The position numbers were made by a program, and so were the translations under genes. A DNA stretch of 64,000 nt from the IMG/VR virus record IMGVR_UViG_3300033070_001371, positions 1 to 64,000 of that record. One strand, written 5' to 3'. Positions 58,145 through 64,000 of this stretch are shown piece by piece. The notes under the pieces are model-generated. The model was not told the DNA's origin, made no database searches, and saw only the letters and a program-made list of their open reading frames with translations. Each line of letters begins with the position of its first letter. Within the stretch, counting starts at the first letter, position 1. The DNA comes from a virus (taxonomy: Duplodnaviria; Caudoviricetes).

Positions 58145-58610
58145 GTTGTTGGGCGCGCACGCTTCTGGCGCGCCCCCGAAAAGTGCGCCGTCCGGCAGCG
58201 AGCACGTAGCGTGTCTCCAGGCGATCCTCGCTAAGAAGTACGCGCTGCTGCTCGCCTACGTTTCGTACGGCGATCAGCTCCGGTCGATCTGCCGGGACGG
58301 CGTGTTCGAGCACTTTCAAGAGCACATCAAGGAAGAACGCGACGCCATCTACCAACTCAACAAGAAGATCACGGCGCTCGGCGGTGATGCTGTCGTATCT
58401 CCAGGCCATGTGCCTTCCGTGCCGCTCGACCAACCTCGCGCCGTGTTCGAGGCAGTGCTGAACTTGGAGCAGGCCGTCGTCGCGCTGTGGTCCGATTTGT
58501 TCCACAAGACCCCCGACGACGTGCCGCTCAACGCGATGGCGCAAGATGGTGCCCTCGTCGACCAGCAACACGCCGACGACATGCGGCGCTACCTTCGGAG
58601 TGAGTGCTGA
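58125..58610 (+). CDS. Ferritin-like four-helix protein (bacterioferritin/Dps fold, degenerate ferroxidase site)
   Basis: EHFQEHIKEE...KKITALGG, LNLEQ, DQQH; ATG 58125 after GAGGA. Confidence 0.65.
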   Translation: MFDFLNELLGAHASGAPPKSAPSGSEHVACLQAILAKKYALLLAYVSYGDQLRSICRDGVFEHFQEHIKEERDAIYQLNKKITALGGDAVVSPGHVPSVPLDQPRAVFEAVLNLEQAVVALWSDLFHKTPDDVPLNAMAQDGALVDQQHADDMRRYLRSEC

Positions 58611-58987
58611 TGCCGGACCTCAAGGACATCGCGCGCGGCGTAACGACCCGCCTCAAGAAGCGTCAGCGAGGTTTTCACTTCGACAAGGAGCCGGGTTTTT
58701 ACGGCGTAACAAAGAGCTTCGGCGACGCCGCCAAGCAGAAACTCGCCAGCGAAGCGCGCGCTCGTGCGATCCGCAAGGTCGCGGCGAAGTACGCGCTGCT
58801 TGACGAGTCGGGCGAACCTGTGGAAGCGCTCGCGAAGCTCTTTGCACAGAGTAACTTCGGTTACGGCGACGCGCCCGTCGCCCCGAAGCGTACCGGCGAC
58901 CCCCTCTGGGGCGCGTCGATGGGTATGCCGGCGGAGCCCGGCGACCGCAATGGGCTGAGCCGCAATCTCACGTACGGAGGAGTTTGA
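58610..58987 (+). CDS. Small putative head protein
   Basis: TGATG coupling; KLASEARARAIRKVAAKYAL. Confidence 0.55.
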   Translation: MPDLKDIARGVTTRLKKRQRGFHFDKEPGFYGVTKSFGDAAKQKLASEARARAIRKVAAKYALLDESGEPVEALAKLFAQSNFGYGDAPVAPKRTGDPLWGASMGMPAEPGDRNGLSRNLTYGGV

Positions 58988-59325
58988 TGATCACGAAGGA
59001 AGCGCTCGACGCCGCGCGGTCGCGCGGTGCACAGAAGATCTTGGCTCGCTACGGCCTCGACAAGGTCAGCGGAATCATGTCGACCCTCGGCAGCGCGGCT
59101 ACGCGCGCGCTCGGCGCCGGGACCAAGGCGTACCAGCACGGCGGCGGCAGCATGATGCAGAACGTCGGCAAGGGCATCGCGGCCGGAGCCAAGGGCTTCC
59201 AGCGTGCGGGCGGCGTGCCGGCGGCGGGCAAGGCGCTCGGCGTGGCCGCAGCGGGAGGGGCGGCAGCGTACGGCGCGGGACGCGCGTTCGGCGCCGGGCA
59301 GGCCGCGTCGCAGCAGCAGCAGTGA
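58987..59325 (+). CDS. Small Gly/Ala-rich putative internal head protein
   Basis: TKEALDAARSRGAQKILARYGLDKVS plus a glycine zipper. Confidence 0.6.
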   Translation: MITKEALDAARSRGAQKILARYGLDKVSGIMSTLGSAATRALGAGTKAYQHGGGSMMQNVGKGIAAGAKGFQRAGGVPAAGKALGVAAAGGAAAYGAGRAFGAGQAASQQQQ

Positions 59326-59345
59326 CACACGGGCGCGAGGCAGCG

Positions 59346-59357
59346 TAACCTTTCGCC
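59346..59357 (+). promoter_or_regulatory. Putative -10 box (TAACCT), leaderless
   Basis: TAACCT, then 6 nt, then ATG at 59358; no Shine-Dalgarno. Confidence 0.55.
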
Positions 59358-61157
59358 ATGCCCACGACGGTCGGCCAGTTCCTGATCAATGACGTGATGC
59401 CCGAGGGTTACAAGATCTCGGGTCCGCTCACGAACAAGGCGCTACACGACCACGTCGTCGGTCTCGCCAAAGCGGACCCTCAGAAATACGTCTCGACGGT
59501 GCTCGCGCTCAAGCGGCGCGGCGACGAAATCGCGACGCTCGAAGGCATCTCGGTCGGGCTCGATGACATTGAGCCCGACTACGAGGCGCGCGACGCGATC
59601 GTGCGCCCGGCGCTCGCGAAGCTCGACAAGCTCAAGGACCCGGGAGCCCGCGAGCGCGTGATCGTCGAGACGCAGGCGCAACTGCTCGCGCACACCAAGC
59701 AGCACCCTGGTTCGATGACCCACATGGCGCTCTCAGGAGCGCGCGGCAATCCGGCGCAGCTCATGAAGATCGTCGCCACGCCGCTCGCGACAGTGAATCC
59801 AAAGCACGGCGTGGTTCATCAGCTGATCGACCGCTCGTACTCCGAAGGCCTGACTCCAGCCCAGTACTGGTTGACAGGACCAGAGATCCGCGAGAACGAG
59901 GTCAAAGCGCGCATCTCCGTCTCGGAGCCGGGAGAGATGGCCAAGGTTCTCGTCGCCAACATGATCTCTAAGGTCGTCACGACGACCGACTGCGGGACCA
60001 TGAACGGCGTAAAGATGTCGATCGACGACGGACACGTGCTCGATCGCTTCACGCAGGCTGACCACGGCTTGCCGCGAAACACCCTCGTCACGCCGCAGCT
60101 CGTCCAGCAACTCAAAGCGCGCCACGTGGACCGTGTACTTGTGCGCTCGCCGATGACATGCGTCGCGCAACACGGGGTCTGTCAGATGTGCCAGGGTCAC
60201 AACGAGAAGGGACAACCGCACCCGATCGGCATGACTGTAGGCGTGCGTGCCGCGCAAGCGATGGCTGAACCGTTGACGCAGATGGCGCTTTCGTCGCGCC
60301 ACGGCACGCTCACGGTGAAGGCCACGGACAAAGCGCCGACCGGCTTGAAGGGTGTGCGCCAGCTGTTGGAAGTTCCTGCCGCTTTCCGCCACGAAGCGGT
60401 GCTGGCGCCAGAGCACGGCACCGTGACGAAAGTCGAGAAGGCGCCGCAAGGTGGCCACTATATCTACCTCGGCGCCAAGAAGGTCTACGCCGGGCCTGAC
60501 CTGACGCTGCGCGCGAAGGCGGGAGACGTGGTCGAGCGCGGCGATGCGCTGACCGACGGCGTGCCTCACCCTGCGAAGGTCGTCGGCTACAAAGGACTTG
60601 GTGCCGGTCGTGCGTACTTCGTAGACGCACTGCACAACTTATACAAGAATGAAGGGATCAACCTTGATCGCCGCCACTTGGAACTTCTCGCCAAGAGTGA
60701 GATCAATCACGTACGGCTACTCGACGCTGATCCCGACCACCCAGAGCTGCTCAAGGGCGACATCGTCAACTACAACGCCTTCCGCGAGGCGTACCAGAAG
60801 GGCTCCGCTCGCGTGCAGGTAGATGACGCTGTAGGGAAGCGGCTGGGGCAAGAGGTGTTGCATCACACTGTCGGTACACCCGTGACGCCTGCGCTCGCCC
60901 GCGATCTCAAAGCGCACGGGGTTGCTGAGGTCTATGTCAACCGGTCTATGCCTCCGGTGGAATTCGTCATGAAGCCGTTCACAATGAATCCTCTGCTGGA
61001 GAAGGACTGGATGGCCCGCCTCGCGCACCGCTATCTCAAGAGCACGATTCAGGAGGCGGCACACTTCGGCGAGACCGCCGACATCCACGGAACCCACCCC
61101 GTACCGGCGTATGCTTTCGGCGCGGAACTTCACCATGGAGCCGGCGGTGCATTCTGA
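59358..61157 (+). CDS. RNA polymerase beta' C-terminal half
   Basis: TTVG, SGARGN, SYSEGL, DCGT, VRSPMTC...CQMCQG, AAQAMAEPLTQM (trigger loop), GLKGVRQLLE, RRHLELL. Confidence 0.92.
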   Translation: MPTTVGQFLINDVMPEGYKISGPLTNKALHDHVVGLAKADPQKYVSTVLALKRRGDEIATLEGISVGLDDIEPDYEARDAIVRPALAKLDKLKDPGARERVIVETQAQLLAHTKQHPGSMTHMALSGARGNPAQLMKIVATPLATVNPKHGVVHQLIDRSYSEGLTPAQYWLTGPEIRENEVKARISVSEPGEMAKVLVANMISKVVTTTDCGTMNGVKMSIDDGHVLDRFTQADHGLPRNTLVTPQLVQQLKARHVDRVLVRSPMTCVAQHGVCQMCQGHNEKGQPHPIGMTVGVRAAQAMAEPLTQMALSSRHGTLTVKATDKAPTGLKGVRQLLEVPAAFRHEAVLAPEHGTVTKVEKAPQGGHYIYLGAKKVYAGPDLTLRAKAGDVVERGDALTDGVPHPAKVVGYKGLGAGRAYFVDALHNLYKNEGINLDRRHLELLAKSEINHVRLLDADPDHPELLKGDIVNYNAFREAYQKGSARVQVDDAVGKRLGQEVLHHTVGTPVTPALARDLKAHGVAEVYVNRSMPPVEFVMKPFTMNPLLEKDWMARLAHRYLKSTIQEAAHFGETADIHGTHPVPAYAFGAELHHGAGGAF

Positions 61158-61779
61158 CTTCGCGGATCGACTGAACGCCGTAAAGACAGCGGCCCGGGCG
61201 CGCGTGCTCGGACGGTACGGGCTTAAGGACCTGTTCCGCGAGCACACCATCGCCCCGGCTGCGCCCGGTGTCACCAACAAGGCCAAAGCATTCGGCAAAC
61301 ACGTCGCAGAATTCGGACGCGAGGCTGTCTTCGGTAGTCCGATCACCGTCGCAAAGCAGCTCGCTGACCGCTACAAGCAAACCGGTAGCGTCGCCCGAGC
61401 GATGGGCGGCCACGCCAAAGACTTCTACCTCTCACCCGGATCGCCGACATGGCTGAAGGCCCTATCCCTCGGTATGCCCGCGATGGAGCTCGGTAACATC
61501 GCGCTGCGCGGCGACCCAGAGACTCGCAAGGGCGACATCGCACACGCGATCTCGGGCATGGCGGCTGCGCCGTTCACGGCGCGACTCGGCCTGCTCGGCA
61601 TCCCAGTCCAGGGCGCGGTACAGGGTGCCGCGCGCTACTTGGGGTCGAAGTTCGACCCGAAGCCTGCCCCAACACCCACGCCCGAAAATATCGAGCTGGA
61701 CGTACCGAAACACCTGATGCGCGCGTGGAAGAGCAACTCTCCGCTCGCGCTGAGCGACGACAACCCCGCTGCGACCTAG
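61147..61779 (+). CDS. Putative internal head protein
   Basis: GTG 61147 after GGAG (alternative 61111); VKTAARARVLGRYGLK; amphipathic Gly-rich C-terminus. Confidence 0.55.
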   Translation: MHSDFADRLNAVKTAARARVLGRYGLKDLFREHTIAPAAPGVTNKAKAFGKHVAEFGREAVFGSPITVAKQLADRYKQTGSVARAMGGHAKDFYLSPGSPTWLKALSLGMPAMELGNIALRGDPETRKGDIAHAISGMAAAPFTARLGLLGIPVQGAVQGAARYLGSKFDPKPAPTPTPENIELDVPKHLMRAWKSNSPLALSDDNPAAT

Positions 61780-61810
61780 ACTACGCACTGGAGCCAAGGA
61801 GCACCCCCCA

Positions 61811-63418
61811 ATGACGACGACTCTGTTCACCCGCACGCTTCTCAAGGGCATGGCCGACGGCATGTCCGACGCCGGGCGCATGGCGCCCTTCGCGAACGAC
61901 GACCTCGCCATCGGGGTCTTCGACAAGATCGCGACCGACCTCGGTCTGCCGCAGGTCCTCGAAGAGCCGCTGCCGAACGACACCTACGTGAAGATGGGCC
62001 AGTGGCTCATCGACGCTTCGGAGACGGCCGTGGCGAGCGGTCACGCTCCCTCGGCGTCGCTCCAGGCGATGGCGAAGCAGGCGTCGCACATGCCGCTGGA
62101 AGAGCGCGCGATGAAGATCGCCGCGTTCATGATGCACAAGACGGCGGAAGAGGCGTCGCTGAACGGCACCGGGTCGAACACCCCGGAGAGCGCGACGCAG
62201 ACCAGCGCGGTCGCCGCGCTCGACCAGAAGAACCGGTCGTCCCTCCAGTACCTCGTCGGCATGGGCAAGACCGACATGCCCGAGGGTGGCGTGCTCGGCA
62301 AGCAGATGCCGCACCCGATGGCGCCCCAGGGTCCGGCGATCAACAACAGCCTCACCCACCTCGACAAGCAGGCCAGCGAGAAGATCGCGCGCGCCGCGAC
62401 GTTCGTGCAGGGCCTCGCCAAGCGCGGCGCGGCGGTGACGCCGAAGACCGTGCTCGCGTCAGCAGCCCTCGCCGAGGGTGGAGCGGCGGGTCTCGAAGTG
62501 ATGGCGCACATCGTGTCGACCGTGAAGACCGCCGAGGAACTCGACGGCATGCTCGACCACGTGATGGGCGCGCAGCAGGCGCACGGCGCCGAACCCGATC
62601 CGGCGCTCGTCGCCGCGATCGAACAGGTGCTGATGGAGCATGGCCTGCTCGGCGACGACGACGGCGACGAAGGTGCGCCGCCGAACGGCGACGACCAGGA
62701 GCCGCCCAACGCGGGCGAAGGCGACGGAGATCCCAAGGTCGCGGCCATGAAGGACGTGATGAAGGGACTCAAGAGCAAGGCGCGCGGCGCGGGCAAGTCC
62801 GTGAGCGGCGCTGCGGCGAAGGCCAAGGGCGCGGTGGGCGCGGCAGCCTCGAAGGCGAAGGAGAAGGCGAGCGACGTCGGAGCCTCGATCGCGGACGCAG
62901 CCAAGAAGCACGGACCGGGGGCCGCCGTGGGCGCGGCTGTAGGCGCGGCCGGCGGCACGGCGGCGATGCACGCCGCCAAGAAGGACAAGGGCGAAGACAA
63001 GGAAGCCGCACTGCTCGCCGTGCTGAAGGCGGCAGCAGACGGCTCGCTCAACGAAGTCGGCGAGAACACCCCGGAGAGCGCGGCGAAGGACAACGCCAAC
63101 GCCAAGCTCGACGAGGAGAACCGCGCGAAGAACGAGTACCTCAAGGGCAACGGCAAGACCGACATGCCGAACGTCGGACACGTCGGCGCCTCCATGGATG
63201 CGCCGAAGGGCCCGGAGAAGGTCAACCCCGACACGACGCCTGCACGCGAGACCAAGAGTGCGAGCTTCGACGAAGCGGTGAAGGCAGCGGCGGCTCAGTG
63301 GGGCGGCAAGCTCCCTGCGACGATGGGTCAGAACGAGAAGCGCGCCCACGTGATCGCGCTCGCCGGCATGCCGGAAGAGCTGCGCGAGGGCTACGTCGAC
63401 CAGTTGCGACGGAGCTGA
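61811..63418 (+). CDS. K-x-A-rich putative scaffold or head core protein with an internal duplication
   Basis: AAGGAG Shine-Dalgarno; upstream TAGACT at 61777; two SLN...NTPESA...LD..NR...YL.G.GKTDMP repeats. Confidence 0.6.
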   Translation: MTTTLFTRTLLKGMADGMSDAGRMAPFANDDLAIGVFDKIATDLGLPQVLEEPLPNDTYVKMGQWLIDASETAVASGHAPSASLQAMAKQASHMPLEERAMKIAAFMMHKTAEEASLNGTGSNTPESATQTSAVAALDQKNRSSLQYLVGMGKTDMPEGGVLGKQMPHPMAPQGPAINNSLTHLDKQASEKIARAATFVQGLAKRGAAVTPKTVLASAALAEGGAAGLEVMAHIVSTVKTAEELDGMLDHVMGAQQAHGAEPDPALVAAIEQVLMEHGLLGDDDGDEGAPPNGDDQEPPNAGEGDGDPKVAAMKDVMKGLKSKARGAGKSVSGAAAKAKGAVGAAASKAKEKASDVGASIADAAKKHGPGAAVGAAVGAAGGTAAMHAAKKDKGEDKEAALLAVLKAAADGSLNEVGENTPESAAKDNANAKLDEENRAKNEYLKGNGKTDMPNVGHVGASMDAPKGPEKVNPDTTPARETKSASFDEAVKAAAAQWGGKLPATMGQNEKRAHVIALAGMPEELREGYVDQLRRS

Positions 63419-63451
63419 TCGCCTCCGACTTGATAGTCTTGCGCTAGGTCA

Positions 63452-63495
63452 GAACGCCTGCTGCCGTATACTTCGGTAGCAGGCGTTCGCCTTTT
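63452..63495 (+). terminator. Hairpin with T-tract (intrinsic terminator or 5' UTR stem)
   Basis: GAACGCCTGCTGCCG-TATACTT-CGGTAGCAGGCGTTC followed by GCCTTTT. Confidence 0.6.
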
Positions 63496-63511
63496 GAGGA
63501 GACCCACCCCG

Positions 63512-64000
63512 ATGACCATGAACGGCTTCCCCCTCTCGCAGTCGCCCCGCACGCAGGGCTTCGCGCAGCCCACGAGCCCCGACGACGAGGAGGAGCTCTT
63601 CTCCAAGGGCTTCTCGGACCTCGCGTACCGAGCGTTCCAGAAGACACACCCCGAGCTCTACGGTGACCTCGTCTCGTTCCGTGTGTTGGCAACCGACGCG
63701 CCGAACGGCGAAGGCGTCGGCGCGTTCATTCTCAAGCGTGGTCCCGAAGTGTTGTTCGTCCCGTCGGTGATTGCGGATAACGCCGTAAAGCCGCTCGACA
63801 TGATGTACGTCCGGTCCAAGGACCGCTTCTATCCGCTGACGTCCGAGTGGATCGAGAAGGCCACCTCGGGCGGCGTGAGTTCGCTCGGACAGGGCATCGA
63901 GCCTCCGAAGGACCTCAACACCGACGTGGACATCCGCAACGTCGTGGTGCCGCCGACGACGGGCCGCTACAGCTACGCCGACGAGTTCGATCCTGCGTCA
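63512..64000 (+). CDS. Putative large head or virion protein, partial
   Basis: GAGGAG Shine-Dalgarno; the frame is open to the window end (MTMNGFPLSQ...FSDLAYRAF...GVGAF...KPLDMMY...). Confidence 0.65.
   Translation, partial: MTMNGFPLSQSPRTQGFAQPTSPDDEEELFSKGFSDLAYRAFQKTHPELYGDLVSFRVLATDAPNGEGVGAFILKRGPEVLFVPSVIADNAVKPLDMMYVRSKDRFYPLTSEWIEKATSGGVSSLGQGIEPPKDLNTDVDIRNVVVPPTTGRYSYADEFDPAS

Larger units (their letters stand above)
797..63789. repeat. Dispersed motif (C)TTTACG(G/C)CGT(A), 34 copies of TTTAC-N3-GT on both strands
   Basis: Starts: 797, 3005, 5986, 8827, 11698, 15097, 15891, 18160, 20398, 22649, 24601, 25920, 27406, 28549, 30691, 32841, 34220, 35165, 36753, 38475, 41245, 43586, 44854, 44983, 47160, 47875, 50649, 53567, 54099, 56151, 58698, 60004, 61175, 63780. 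Confidence 0.9.

Noticed and set aside
53597-61157. Bacterial rpoBC locus or host contamination
   Set aside because: There are no ribosomal-protein neighbours, the motifs are divergent, the genes sit among portal and head genes, and they carry the same grid motif as the rest of the window.
797-63789. Motif read as a CRISPR array, Chi site or restriction site
   Set aside because: Copies are kilobases apart with no spacer structure. I see no strand polarity of the kind Chi shows. Restriction sites would be depleted rather than enriched.
1-64000. Stop-codon reassignment
   Set aside because: Genes are full length in the standard code, and TAA, TAG and TGA all end genes.

Overview
This window is 64 kb of a GC-rich (about 65% by eye), gene-dense jumbo tailed-phage genome with a contractile tail. 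I saw no bacterial housekeeping, rRNA, tRNA or CRISPR features. The + strand carries mainly virion genes: a tail-assembly chaperone pair with a -1 frameshift, tape measure, hub, baseplate wedge, tail fibre, gpA-like terminase, portal and K-x-A-rich putative head proteins. It also carries two sigma-70-family factors and a bacterial-type multisubunit RNA polymerase, encoded as a beta+beta'N fusion plus a separate beta'C gene. The - strand carries DNA metabolism genes: DinG helicase, class II RNR, RuvC, DEDDh exonuclease, UDG-fused family A polymerase, primase-helicase, two PD-(D/E)XK nucleases, an SSB-like protein, a ParB/KorB-family protein and an SNF2 helicase. The strongest unexplained signal is a 10-13 bp pseudo-palindrome, (C)TTTACG(G/C)CGT(A). 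I counted 34 copies by hand, on both strands, roughly every 2 kb and mostly inside genes. Its architecture matches the KorB operator, and a ParB/KorB-family gene lies in the window. Other findings are TAnnnT-N6-start leaderless promoters built from upstream stop codons, a candidate head-targeting or protease motif shared with the RNAP, and a baseplate-like domain inserted into a nuclease. All calls come from motif recognition by eye, with no database searches. Hand-counted coordinates may be off by a base or two.
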